Counted from the stretch's first letter, positions 19,983 to 29,972 are shown. The stretch is 64,000 nucleotides of DNA from Candidatus Multivoradales bacterium (GCA_965248925.1 CBDFLE010000006.1:32001-96000), one strand, 5' to 3'. Made by a program: numbers and translations. Notes: a model not told the origin generated them from the letters alone.

Positions 19983-20185
19983 GGTCCACCTCCAACTAGT
20001 AGTCGCTTCTCTGCTAGCAATCTCTGAGAGGTCCTTGGTGGCATATCCAAGCCCCTACGCCCCTCTTCTCAGAACTCCCACACTTCCTCTTCAGCGCAAT
20101 CACAAGCCTATCTCCCCCACCCCACCTAGATTTCGCCGAGTTCAAACGCGCTTTCAGCGGCAGTCAACACGACAGGAGGTGGCGA

Positions 20186-21028
20186 ATGCCGAACAACGAG
20201 ACCCGAGGGGCTAGACTCTTCCGCTCTAAGCTGGAGCAGATCCAGCAAACCATCACCCGCAGCGCCGCCCACAAGCGCCTCTCGCCAGACGACCGCGACG
20301 AGCTCTACAGCGCCGTCATGCTGAAGCTGATCCAGAACGACTACGCCATCCTCCGTCGCTTTCGTGGCGACAGCAGCTGGCGCACTTTCCTGACGGTAGT
20401 TATCCAGCGGGTGCAGCTCGACCAGCGAACCCAAAAGTGGGGCCGGTGGCGACCCTGCGCTGCTGCCCGACGACTCGGGCCGGTGGCGGTGGAACTGGAT
20501 CGCCGCATCTCCCGCGACGGGCTCGATCCCGAGGAAGCGGTCCAGACCATGGCGGCCGGCAGCAACAAACACTCCACTGAGACTCTGCGCAGGACTGCCG
20601 AGAACATCCGTCGCCGTCACGGCCGGCGGCAGATGATCAGTGACCAAGTGTTGGCTGTCTTGCCCAGCGACGAGCACACGGACCGGCGAATCGAGCTAGC
20701 GGAGGGCCGCGCGCGCAATGGGTTCCTGGCCACCGCTCTCGGCGGTTTGCTGGAAGGGCTCTCAGTTGAGGACCGAGAGCTGCTGGATCTGCGCTTCCAT
20801 CAGGGTTGGACGGTGGCCCGAATTGCTACCTCGCTCGACCGCGACCCGCGGGTGCTCTACCGCCACTTCACCCGCCTGCTGCGATGCTTGCGGCAGGAGT
20901 TCGAGGCTCAAGGCTGGGATCGGCAGGAGATCCGGACTTGCCTCGATCAGCACCAGGTCGAACCGCTCCCCGATCTGCTCGGGCCGGCACACCAACCGGA
21001 GAGCAACTTCAGTCGTAGTTTGGGCTAA
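20186..21028 (+). CDS. ECF-like sigma-70 factor
   Basis: Region 2-like LKLIQNDYAILRRFRGDSSWRTFLTVV; region 4 LSVEDRELLDLRFHQGWTVARIA; GGAGGT SD. Confidence 0.8.
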   Translation: MPNNETRGARLFRSKLEQIQQTITRSAAHKRLSPDDRDELYSAVMLKLIQNDYAILRRFRGDSSWRTFLTVVIQRVQLDQRTQKWGRWRPCAAARRLGPVAVELDRRISRDGLDPEEAVQTMAAGSNKHSTETLRRTAENIRRRHGRRQMISDQVLAVLPSDEHTDRRIELAEGRARNGFLATALGGLLEGLSVEDRELLDLRFHQGWTVARIATSLDRDPRVLYRHFTRLLRCLRQEFEAQGWDRQEIRTCLDQHQVEPLPDLLGPAHQPESNFSRSLG

Positions 21029-21093
21029 GATCGGCCCGCCTGGGAGTGAAGTGCTCAGCAGCGAGCGAAGGATCCCGGTGCGGAGGAGCGACA

Positions 21094-22263
21094 ATGCAGG
21101 GAAGCAAGGTCTGGATCCGGGTCGTACTATTGCTGGTAGTGCTGTACGGCTTCTTCGTCGGTCTCGACCTGATGGGGATCTCGTTCAAGCTTTTCGGCAA
21201 AGGCTTTGCCGAGGAATTGATCGCTCGTACCGCCAACCCCCTCACCGGCCTACTGATCGGCATCCTGGCCACTACTCTAGTACAAAGCTCCTCGACCACC
21301 ACTTCGATGACTGTCGCATTGGTAGCCAGCGGCGCGCTGAATATCGAAGGCGCGGTACCGATCATCATGGGTGCCAATATCGGCACCTCGGTCACCAACA
21401 CCATTGTCGCCCTCGGTCACGTGACCCGCAAGGAAGAATTCCGCCGCGCTTTTGCCGGCGCCACTTTGCACGACTTCTTCAACTGGTTGACGGTACTGGT
21501 CTTGCTGCCGCTGGAGATCGCCACCGGTTTCCTCGCCCGCGCCGCGGGGGTATTGCAAACGGTCTTGAGCGGAGTGGGTGGCGAGAAGCTGCTCAATCCG
21601 CTGAAGATCATCGTCCGGCCAACCGCCGGCTGGATCAGCGAAGAGCTCGGAGAGTCGGGCACCCTGGTCTTGATCGCTGGCCTGGCGATCCTCTTCCTGG
21701 CGCTGCGATACATGGTGGTGCTGCTGCGCTCTCTGCTTACGGAATCGGCCGAGCGGGTGCTGCACCGCACCCTGTTCCGCTCCGCGCCGGTGGCGATTCT
21801 GTGTGGCTTGGTGATCACCGTCATGGTGCAGAGCAGCTCGATCACCACCTCGGTGGTGATACCGCTGGTGGGCGCCGGGGTGATTAGCCTGGCACAGCTG
21901 TTCCCTTTCACCATCGGCGCCAACATCGGCACCACGGTGACGGCGATGATCGCCGCCCTGGCACTTGGCAGCGCCGACGCCATCACCATCGCTTTCGCCC
22001 ACCTCTTGTTTAATCTGGCCGGTACTTTGCTGGTCTATGTACCGCCGCCGATCCGCGCCATCCCGATTTTCTTGGCGACTAAGCTCGGCGACCTGGCGGC
22101 CCGCAGCAGGGTGCTCGCGGGTACCTACATCGTTTTCATGTTCTACCTTTTGCCAGTGATCTTGCTGCTGCTCTCCGGAGTGTTAGGCGGCGATTCGGAG
22201 CAGACTTCTGGGCAGCCACCCGGCGCGCCGATCCAGATCACCCAGCATCCCCAGGAGCCCTGA
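21094..22263 (+). CDS. Na+/phosphate symporter (NptA/SLC34-like)
   Basis: Two QSSS..T..GANIGT repeats; GGAGGAG SD. Confidence 0.92.
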   Translation: MQGSKVWIRVVLLLVVLYGFFVGLDLMGISFKLFGKGFAEELIARTANPLTGLLIGILATTLVQSSSTTTSMTVALVASGALNIEGAVPIIMGANIGTSVTNTIVALGHVTRKEEFRRAFAGATLHDFFNWLTVLVLLPLEIATGFLARAAGVLQTVLSGVGGEKLLNPLKIIVRPTAGWISEELGESGTLVLIAGLAILFLALRYMVVLLRSLLTESAERVLHRTLFRSAPVAILCGLVITVMVQSSSITTSVVIPLVGAGVISLAQLFPFTIGANIGTTVTAMIAALALGSADAITIAFAHLLFNLAGTLLVYVPPPIRAIPIFLATKLGDLAARSRVLAGTYIVFMFYLLPVILLLLSGVLGGDSEQTSGQPPGAPIQITQHPQEP

Positions 22264-22264
22264 C

Positions 22265-22918
22265 ATGCTCGAGAAACTCTTCGGAACGGATCGCTCATCT
22301 ACCCTGCTCGACTCGGCCTTTGCTGATGTCACGACGATGCTTGAGCAGTCGGCGAAGATGTTCGATCACGCGGTCGCGGCGCTGCTCGACAACACCCCCC
22401 TGGAAGTCGACCTGCACGACCTCGACGATGTGGTCGACGAAGGCGAGCGGATGGTCCGCCGCACCGTGCTCGAGCATCTCAGCATGCAGCCGGAGAAGGA
22501 CTTGGTGGCCAGCCTGGTGCTGGTCAGCATTGTCCAGGACGCTGAACGTATCGGCGATTTCGCCCGCGGTCTGGCGGAACTGGTGCCCTTGGCCGGTAGT
22601 GACCGTCAAGGCCCTTTCCGCGACCGCCTACAGGACGGTGCGAAGCAAGTTCGGGTCTTGTTCGACGACTGTGAGCGCGCATTTCGTAAGGACGACCCCG
22701 AAGGGGCCCGAGCAGTCGTTCACCAGGCCCGCGCCTTGAAAGGGCACTTCAAAGCCATCACCCGCGATGTGGCGGCGAGCGACCTAGGGGCCGACCTGGC
22801 AGTGGTCTACGCCGGTGGCTCACGCATCCTGCGTCGCATCGCTGCCCATCTGAGCAATATCTGCTCAACGGTCAGCCAGCCTTACGACCGCATTCGACAC
22901 GGCGACGAGGAAGCCTGA
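22265..22918 (+). CDS. PhoU-domain protein
   Basis: DDVVDEGER, DAERIGD, RRIAAHLSNI; directly follows the symporter. Confidence 0.85.
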   Translation: MLEKLFGTDRSSTLLDSAFADVTTMLEQSAKMFDHAVAALLDNTPLEVDLHDLDDVVDEGERMVRRTVLEHLSMQPEKDLVASLVLVSIVQDAERIGDFARGLAELVPLAGSDRQGPFRDRLQDGAKQVRVLFDDCERAFRKDDPEGARAVVHQARALKGHFKAITRDVAASDLGADLAVVYAGGSRILRRIAAHLSNICSTVSQPYDRIRHGDEEA

Positions 22919-23042
22919 CGGGTATGGCGGAAGCCTAGACTCAGGACTGAATCCTGGCAAATAGCAACCCTTAGCATCTGGTAGGTATCCCAAGAGTGGC
23001 ACGCCGCGATTGTCCCTGCTGGTCACACCTCGGAGAACTACT

Positions 23043-25481
23043 ATGCGCCCAATGCTCAGAGAATGCCGCCAAGCCCTGCGTTCGCTATCCCAGCGGCCAG
23101 CCTTCTCGCTATTAGCGATCACCATTCTGGCACTGGGCATCGGCGCCAACACAGCGATCTTCTCGGTAGTGCATGGCGTCCTGCTAGCACCTTTGCCCTA
23201 CGCTGACGCCGAGCGGCTGGTGCAAGTATGGAACACCTACCCGCTGATGGGTCTCGATGAGGCCGGGGTATCGGTGCCCGACTACCTCGACCGGCAGAGA
23301 GTACAGGCGTTCGAGTCTAGCGCCCTCTACCGCTACACCAACTTCAACCTCGGAGCTGAAGGTGCTCCGGAGCGAGTCCTCGGAGTTCGGGCAACCGCCT
23401 CAATTTTTCCACTGCTCAAGGTCTTGGCGGCCCACGGCAGGGTATTCGGCGAGGCCGAGGATCACCCCGGCGAGGAGCAAGTAGTGGTGATCTCGCACAG
23501 CCTCTGGCTACGCCAGTTCGGCGGCCAGCCGGAGGCCATTGACAGCACCCTCGATATCAATGGCCGGCCCCACCGTCTGCTCGGCGTTCTGCCCCAAGGC
23601 TTTACCTTCATCAATGACCAGGTGCAGGTGTGGAAACCGTTCGCGATCACCGCCGAGCAGTCACTCGACGAGATGCGGGGCAACGAGTTCTCGGCGATGC
23701 TCGCCCGCTTGGTCTCGGGTGCGACGGTGGAACAGGCGCAACAGGAAGTCGACGCCATCCACCAGGCCAACCTGGAGCGCTTTCCAGAGATTCGGTCGTT
23801 CTGGCAGTCAAGCGGCTTCGGCGGATGGGTGGTGGGCCTGCGCGATGAACTCTACAGCGATCTGCGACCGACCCTGCTGATCTTGCAAGGAGTGGTGGCC
23901 TTCGTTCTTCTGCTGGCCTGCGCTAACGTCGCCAACCTGCTATTGACCCGGCTCGCCGGACGCAAGAAGGAGCTGGCAATCCGCAGCGCAATGGGCGCCA
24001 GCCGGCTCGACCTGGCGCGACAGCTCCTCATCGAGAGCCTGCTGCTCGGTCTCGGTGGCGGCTTGTTGGGAGCTGGCCTCGGGTGGGTGGGGGTGCGCTT
24101 GCTGCACCACCTGGAAGGGATGCCCACCGATCAGCTGGCACTGGGCCCTAACCTGACCGTTCTCGCCTTTACCGCCGGTCTGGCGCTCGCCACCGGCTTG
24201 CTCTTCGGGCTAGTTCCGGTCTGGTCGCTGCGGCGTCACGATGCTAACTCGGTGATCAAGGCCGGGGGTGGGCGGGGCGCCTCGGCCGGCGCCGCTTGGC
24301 CGCGCCGCGCCCTGGTGATCGCCGAAGTCGCCATCGCCATGCTGCTGCTGGTCGGCGCAGGCTTGCTGGTCCGCAGTCTGATGCGGCTCGAAGGCGAGCA
24401 CCCCGGCTTCGATGCTCAAGGGGTGCTAGTGGCCCAGGTCTCACTCCCCGCAGCCACCTACTCACAGCCCGGGCAAATCGCCCGCTTCTTCGACAACACT
24501 CTGGCGCGCCTGCGAACTCTGCCCGGAGTGCGTGCCGCCGGTGCCATCTCCGCGGCGCCGTTCAGTGGCAGATCACCCTCCGGGTCCTATTCGATCGAGG
24601 GCTTCGAACCGGCCGAAGGTGAGTCCGATCCGCATGCGCTAATCCGGGTCGTTGACGACCACTACTTCGACACCCTTGGTATCCAACTGCTGCGCGGGCG
24701 CGGATTCGGCAGCAGCGAACAAGCCGACTCGCAGCTAGTGGTGGTAGTCGACCGCCGCATGGTCGACAAGTATTGGCCGCATCAAGAGCCACTCGGCAAG
24801 CGCTTGACCCGCGACGATCCAAACGGCGAGAACATCCGCTGGCTAACCGTAGTCGGGGTAGTCGAGTCGGTCAAAATTCGCGATTTGGAGCGGCCGGTTG
24901 AGAAAGAGACGATCTACGCCTCCCTCCGCCAGCTACCGAATCGCAGCATGACTTTCGCCCTCGCCACCGGCGGCGACCCGCTGGCCCTGGCACGCCCCCT
25001 GCGCGACACCGTATTGGCTAACGACCCAGCCCTACCGGTCTACGACATTCAGCCCTTGAGCCGGCAGCTCAGCCGCTCGCTGCGCGGCCGCAGCTCGTCA
25101 ATGGATCTGTTGATGATCTTCGGCGCCCTGGCGATCGTGCTAGCGGCGGTAGGGCTCTACGGCGTGCTCTCTTTCACCTTTGGCCAGCGCACCCGCGAAC
25201 TCGGCACCCGTGCCGCCTTGGGCGCCAGTCCGAGCAATATCTTCCGCTTGGTGCTAGGACAAGGGATGCTGCTGACGGCCATCGGCGTAGTGCTCGGCGG
25301 CCTGGCCGCCATCGGTCTTGGCCGCTACCTGGGAACCCTGCTTTACGAAGTGCGACCCTGGGATACCGTCAGCCTGGTCACCGCCGCTCTGCTGCTACTG
25401 CTGACCGCGGCCCTGGCTTGCCTGGTGCCCGGCTGGCGGGCGATGCGTACCGATCCGGCCACGGCGCTGCGCCAAGATTAG
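23043..25481 (+). CDS. ADOP-type duplicated ABC permease (MacB/FtsX-like)
   Basis: LALGIGANTAIFSVV, LLLACANVANLLL, ELAIRSAMGA, RTRELGTRAALGA, DPATALRQD. Confidence 0.92.
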   Translation: MRPMLRECRQALRSLSQRPAFSLLAITILALGIGANTAIFSVVHGVLLAPLPYADAERLVQVWNTYPLMGLDEAGVSVPDYLDRQRVQAFESSALYRYTNFNLGAEGAPERVLGVRATASIFPLLKVLAAHGRVFGEAEDHPGEEQVVVISHSLWLRQFGGQPEAIDSTLDINGRPHRLLGVLPQGFTFINDQVQVWKPFAITAEQSLDEMRGNEFSAMLARLVSGATVEQAQQEVDAIHQANLERFPEIRSFWQSSGFGGWVVGLRDELYSDLRPTLLILQGVVAFVLLLACANVANLLLTRLAGRKKELAIRSAMGASRLDLARQLLIESLLLGLGGGLLGAGLGWVGVRLLHHLEGMPTDQLALGPNLTVLAFTAGLALATGLLFGLVPVWSLRRHDANSVIKAGGGRGASAGAAWPRRALVIAEVAIAMLLLVGAGLLVRSLMRLEGEHPGFDAQGVLVAQVSLPAATYSQPGQIARFFDNTLARLRTLPGVRAAGAISAAPFSGRSPSGSYSIEGFEPAEGESDPHALIRVVDDHYFDTLGIQLLRGRGFGSSEQADSQLVVVVDRRMVDKYWPHQEPLGKRLTRDDPNGENIRWLTVVGVVESVKIRDLERPVEKETIYASLRQLPNRSMTFALATGGDPLALARPLRDTVLANDPALPVYDIQPLSRQLSRSLRGRSSSMDLLMIFGALAIVLAAVGLYGVLSFTFGQRTRELGTRAALGASPSNIFRLVLGQGMLLTAIGVVLGGLAAIGLGRYLGTLLYEVRPWDTVSLVTAALLLLLTAALACLVPGWRAMRTDPATALRQD

Positions 25482-25510
25482 TCGCGCAGCCTTTCCGGGC
25501 CTGAGATTTG

Positions 25511-26011
25511 TTAGAGCGAGAAGGTCCGCGGTTCGCCCGGCGGCCCGCTCATACCCTGATTGTGGATTTGCGGATCCTGCAACCTCGGCCGGCTTCCACC
25601 GTAGCGGAACGCGAGTTCGTAGTGAAACGATGCGAGCGAGGATGGGCCTTCGTAGCGGTTCAAGAGCAGACAACCCACCAAGTGATCGCCGCCCCAGAAG
25701 TACACCTCGAAAGGGGTGCCCGGTACCTTGCCGTCGCGGATCAAGCGCTTCTCCTTGCCCGCTCGAAAGCCCTCAAACTGAAGGATCTCGCGGTCGGCGG
25801 CCAAGAAGATCCTCTGCGTGTAACCCACTTCTTGCTGCAACTGCACGGTGATCTGGCCGGATGGCTGGCAGGACACGTTCTTACTTCCTCCTATGGCCTC
25901 GGTGAAAGCCAGCGCGCCGTTAACGTAGGCCACCATGATCGTCGCCACTTGCGGATTCGGTGGTGAACACTCGCGGGCATTCGGGGCATTGCTCAGTAAC
26001 TTGGTCGGCAT
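25511..26011 (-). CDS. Hypothetical beta-rich protein with C-terminal DPQIHN motif
   Basis: AAAGGAG SD 7 nt before ATG; preceded by the shared promoter motif. Confidence 0.7.
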   Translation of the reverse strand: MPTKLLSNAPNARECSPPNPQVATIMVAYVNGALAFTEAIGGSKNVSCQPSGQITVQLQQEVGYTQRIFLAADREILQFEGFRAGKEKRLIRDGKVPGTPFEVYFWGGDHLVGCLLLNRYEGPSSLASFHYELAFRYGGSRPRLQDPQIHNQGMSGPPGEPRTFSL

Positions 26012-26043
26012 GTTGTGACTCCTTTTTCAGTTGTTCTCTCCTG

Positions 26044-26080
26044 CCCTAACCCTCGTCAAACAACCTCCGGGATGATCATC
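26044..26080 (-). promoter_or_regulatory. Putative ECF-dependent promoter, copy 1
   Basis: Minus strand GATGATCA-N16-ACGAGGGTTAGGG; matches the motif at 29418-29453. Confidence 0.65.
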
Positions 26081-26091
26081 CTGGCTTTGCT

Positions 26092-28779
26092 CTATTTGCC
26101 GGATGCAAGCTCGGCCGAGCACAGATCGAGGTAGCTGGGGTCACAGAAACCCTCCGCCGCCAGCTCAGCAATAACCGGCGCGGCCAACTCAGCACGGCCG
26201 AGGCGCAGCTGCACTTGCGCCCATGACATGCGGACCGACCGCCACCGTGGCCCTTCGGCCAACGGCCGCAGCAGCCATGCGGCGCGGCGCCAATGAGGCT
26301 CCGCCTGCTCACTAGCCGACTCGAGGTCGCCCAACAAGATCAGACACCCCGCGAGCCGCTGACGAGCTACGTTATCCTCCGGAACCTCAGCGACCAATGC
26401 ATCGAGGATCTCGACGGCCGCCTGGAGGTGCCTCCGACTCTCGCTACCGCGACCCCGTTGGGAAAATGCGAGCCCGAGTTGTTGATAACTCATTGCCAGC
26501 TCGCGCCGTCCAGCCACCGAAGCGGCGCCCGTAGCCGGCAGCTCGGCGAGGATCTGGCGGCCACTCTCCAGCTGCTCCAGGCCTTGCTGGAATCGACCCA
26601 AGGCGACCAAGTTACGACCCAGCGCCGTCCGGTTGATCGCCAACCGTTGGCGGCGGGAGACATCCTGCGGATCGTCAGCTACCAGCGATTCATAGAGTTC
26701 GACGGCGGTCCGCAAGTGCTCCGTCGCTTGCGACCAAAAGCCATGGCTGAGCAGCCAATAGCCGAGGTAGTTGTTGCTCACCCCCAAGTCGTCGCGCCAG
26801 GTGACGTTGCGCGGGTCAGCCTCAACCAGAGACTCGCGCAGCTGCAATTCGCGCTCGAAGTGTCGCCGCGCCGAAGCTCCCAAGCCCGAGGCGCTTTCGG
26901 CCAGTCCCAGACTGTTGTACGACCAGGCGAGCTCCCGTCGCAGGCCCAGATCGCCCGGCGCTGCTCGCGCCAGCGCTTGCTTGATCTCCAGGCTGCGCTG
27001 GAAGCGATGGCGAGCAGCGACGAGGTCGCCTCGATCCTGCGCCAGGGTGCCGAGGTTGCTGAGCGCGTAGCTCAGCTCCAACAACCACTCTGGATGCTCC
27101 GGCTGCCGTTCCACCAAGCGCTCGGAAAGCTCCAAGTAGGCCTTCATGGAGCGTTCGGCATGGTCGAAGTCGCCTAGTTCGCGAGCGGCGAAGCCGACCC
27201 AAAAATTGCTCTGCCCAAGCTCGAACCAACGTTCAGTGCTCTGCGGAGCGCGCTCGGCCAGAGCCTGTGCCAGATTCAAGGACTCATCGAATGCGCTGAC
27301 CGCCTTCGCAGTCTCACCTTGCCGCAGGCGCACCTCACCGATCTGATGTAGGGCGGTCGCGTGGCGCGCCAACTCGTCGTCGCTGAGCTCGGCCTGGGGA
27401 ATCGCGGCGAAATAACGCTCGGCGCGCGATCCGACCTCGTCGATCAGCTCAAGCCTGCCAAGTTGGTCGAGCTTGTCCCGCAGATCCAACAACATGAAGC
27501 TGATCAGATCCTCGGCCTGCACCTGCCGCAAGGCAACCCGACGGTTGGCCTGCATTGCCTGCACTCCGAGCACCGCCGCCACCATTGACGCCACCAACAG
27601 CAACCCCGCGGCAACGGCGGCGAAGACCACCCAGCCGCGGTGACGAATAGCAAAACGAGTCAGCCGGTAAGCCGGGCCAGAGACATGCGCTGCGACCACC
27701 TCGCCAGCGAGGAAACGACGCAGGTCGGCGGCCAGCTCAGCGGCGGTGGGATAGCGCTCGGCGGGATCCTTGGCCAAGCATTTGAGGACAATCGCTTCAA
27801 GATCCGGCGGCAGCGCCGGCAGCAGTTCCCGCGGCCGCCGCGGCGACTGTTGGCGAATCTTGCGCAGCAGTTCCAGCACCAGCTCGTCGTCGAAGGGAAG
27901 GACACCAGTGAACAGCCGGTACATGGTCACTCCGAGACTCCAGACATCCCCACGGCGATCCGGGGGATTAGCCGGATCGAGGCGCTCAGGCGCCAAGTAG
28001 CTTGTCGTACCACTCAGCGGCTCGTCGTCAGCGCTGCCTCCGGCCACCGCCGCGGCGAGACCAAAATCGCTCACCCAGGCTTTGAGCTCGCCGCTAGCGG
28101 TCTCCTCCACCAACACGTTCGAGGGTTTGACATCGCGGTGTACCAACCCGGTCAAATGGGCGGCGTGCAGACCATCGGCTACCTGGATCAGGAGAGCGAC
28201 TTGCTGCTCCAGCGAGGTGTCGCCGCGAATCTCTTCCAGCGTCTTGCCGTCGACCCGGCGCAGAGCGATGAACGGGCGTCCGTCGAGCTCGCCGCTGTCG
28301 TAGACCTCGAGCACATTGTCGTGCCGTACTCGCGCCTGTGCCCGCGCCTCGCGCAGGCATTGGTCACGGGTCGCAGCATCCGCTGCATCGAGCAGTTTCA
28401 AGGCCACCGGACGATCCAGCTGCCGGTCATGGGCGGCGAAGACTTCACCCATGCCGCCGGCGCCGAGCAGGGCGCCGATCTCGTAGCGTTCGGCCGCGGA
28501 AATCACCACCGGCGACGGCTCAGCCAGCGGCGAGTCCACCGCCAACGGCGCCACGGTCACCAGAATTTCAACCGCGGGGTGGGCGAGAAAGGACTCTGAA
28601 ACCTCGGCCGCCGCCGTTAGCAGCTGCCGAGCTCGCTCGATCAGATCGGGGCAACTGGCTTGCAATCGACTCAGGTAGGCCGCACGCTCTGGCTCGTCGA
28701 GGGCAGCAGCAGCCAAGACGATCTCGTCCAAACGCAGCCGGGGACCCGCCGCTAGCGGCGGGTGGTCATCGGCGGTCAT
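26092..28779 (-). CDS. Ser/Thr kinase - TM - TPR protein
   Basis: GAGGMG, VALK, HRDVKPSN, DFG, YLAPE; TM helix; TPR repeats; overlaps the ECF stop (ATGA). Confidence 0.92.
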   Translation of the reverse strand: MTADDHPPLAAGPRLRLDEIVLAAAALDEPERAAYLSRLQASCPDLIERARQLLTAAAEVSESFLAHPAVEILVTVAPLAVDSPLAEPSPVVISAAERYEIGALLGAGGMGEVFAAHDRQLDRPVALKLLDAADAATRDQCLREARAQARVRHDNVLEVYDSGELDGRPFIALRRVDGKTLEEIRGDTSLEQQVALLIQVADGLHAAHLTGLVHRDVKPSNVLVEETASGELKAWVSDFGLAAAVAGGSADDEPLSGTTSYLAPERLDPANPPDRRGDVWSLGVTMYRLFTGVLPFDDELVLELLRKIRQQSPRRPRELLPALPPDLEAIVLKCLAKDPAERYPTAAELAADLRRFLAGEVVAAHVSGPAYRLTRFAIRHRGWVVFAAVAAGLLLVASMVAAVLGVQAMQANRRVALRQVQAEDLISFMLLDLRDKLDQLGRLELIDEVGSRAERYFAAIPQAELSDDELARHATALHQIGEVRLRQGETAKAVSAFDESLNLAQALAERAPQSTERWFELGQSNFWVGFAARELGDFDHAERSMKAYLELSERLVERQPEHPEWLLELSYALSNLGTLAQDRGDLVAARHRFQRSLEIKQALARAAPGDLGLRRELAWSYNSLGLAESASGLGASARRHFERELQLRESLVEADPRNVTWRDDLGVSNNYLGYWLLSHGFWSQATEHLRTAVELYESLVADDPQDVSRRQRLAINRTALGRNLVALGRFQQGLEQLESGRQILAELPATGAASVAGRRELAMSYQQLGLAFSQRGRGSESRRHLQAAVEILDALVAEVPEDNVARQRLAGCLILLGDLESASEQAEPHWRRAAWLLRPLAEGPRWRSVRMSWAQVQLRLGRAELAAPVIAELAAEGFCDPSYLDLCSAELASGK

Positions 28780-29339
28780 GATCGGGGCTGCAGCTCACCA
28801 TGCAACCAGGTGCGCACTGCCCGCCAGTCGCGCACCACAGTGGGAACCGACACACCGAGAATCTCCGCCGTCTCGCCCACCGACAGGCCAGCAAAGTAGC
28901 GTAGCTCGACCAGCTTCTCCTGCCGGCTATTGACCCGGCTCAGACGCGCCAGGGTTTGATGCACCGACAAGATCTCCTCCAGCCGGCGTGGGTTCGGGTC
29001 GACGATCTCACCGTCGAGCTCGACCGCAAGTTGATCGCCGCCGCGTTTCTGCGCCAAGCGGTGACGGGCCTCATCGACCAATATGAAACGCATAGCTCGC
29101 GCCGCCGCGGCATAGAAGTGATGTCGATCCGCCCAGGCAATCTCGGTATCGAGCAGGCGCAGGGCCGCGTCATGCACCAACGAAGTGGTGCCCGGTTGGC
29201 GACCGCCCTGGCGCCGACGCAGCACGCTGCGAGCGACAATTTTCAGTTCGTCGTAGAGCTCCGGCCAGACTTCCTCCCGAGCCTCTCGATCCCCACTACC
29301 CCAGGCACGCAGCAGAACCGTTATCTCCTTTGCGGGCAT
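28776..29339 (-). CDS. ECF sigma factor, kinase-associated (TIGR02999-like)
   Basis: ITVLLRAW..GD, LYDELK..A, TTSLVHDA, AMRFILVDEAR..AQKRGG, VELRYFAGLS, TVVRDW. Confidence 0.9.
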   Translation of the reverse strand: MPAKEITVLLRAWGSGDREAREEVWPELYDELKIVARSVLRRRQGGRQPGTTSLVHDAALRLLDTEIAWADRHHFYAAAARAMRFILVDEARHRLAQKRGGDQLAVELDGEIVDPNPRRLEEILSVHQTLARLSRVNSRQEKLVELRYFAGLSVGETAEILGVSVPTVVRDWRAVRTWLHGELQPRS

Positions 29340-29417
29340 GAGGCCATGCTAAAGCAAGCTCTGGAGTGGAACAACCGTCATGGCTTCGCGAGGAAACGCA
29401 GAAAAAAGATCTCCGGC

Positions 29418-29453
29418 GATGATCAGCATCGTTCTCCGCTTACGAGTGTTGGG
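29418..29453 (+). promoter_or_regulatory. Putative ECF-dependent promoter, copy 2
   Basis: GATGATCA-N16-ACGAGTGTTGGG upstream of the 29536 gene. Confidence 0.65.
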
Positions 29454-29535
29454 TCGAGGCGCCATTCGGCGGCTCACGGAAGCGGCGAGAGTAACCGCCA
29501 CCGAACTCGATCAACTTTCAAAGGAGACCACCCTC

Positions 29536-29835
29536 ATGGCCACCAGCAAAATCCAAGTCTGCCAATGCGACAACGAGCTCATCCTGATTGCCACGACCCC
29601 AGCCGGCAGCTCGACCCTCTGCCACCTCAAGTCGGGATACAATGCCCCGGTGAACTACGAGTTCAACCCCAGGCACATTCTGGCGTCCGGTAACTACACC
29701 CTGGAGATGATCGGCATCAACTGGGGCGGTCCAGGGGCGTTTGAAGTAACGGTAACCACCAACGGCAAGACGAAAACCTTCGGCACCCGCTCGTCCGGGC
29801 CCTTCTGGGCCGAGCGCACCGCCATTTCCGTCTAG
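29536..29835 (+). CDS. Small beta-sandwich protein, possibly lectin-like (99 aa)
   Basis: AAGGAG SD; CDNEL..GNYTLEMIGINWGGPGAF resembles DN..NxGGP galactose-binding-like folds (inference). Confidence 0.7.
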   Translation: MATSKIQVCQCDNELILIATTPAGSSTLCHLKSGYNAPVNYEFNPRHILASGNYTLEMIGINWGGPGAFEVTVTTNGKTKTFGTRSSGPFWAERTAISV

Positions 29836-29865
29836 TCGCCGCCGAAGTCCCGTTCTCAGCAGTGC

Positions 29866-29909
29866 CGGCCCGGAGAATCTCGCGAGCAACGGCGATTCAC
29901 TCCGGGCCG
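29866..29909 (+). terminator. Hairpin after the small gene
   Basis: CGGCCCGGAG / CTCCGGGCCG inverted repeat. Confidence 0.45.
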
Positions 29910-29972
29910 CGCCGTGTTCCTCAGAGCACTACAGCGATACGGCCGGTGAGCGCGATTCGGTAGAGTGGCCTG

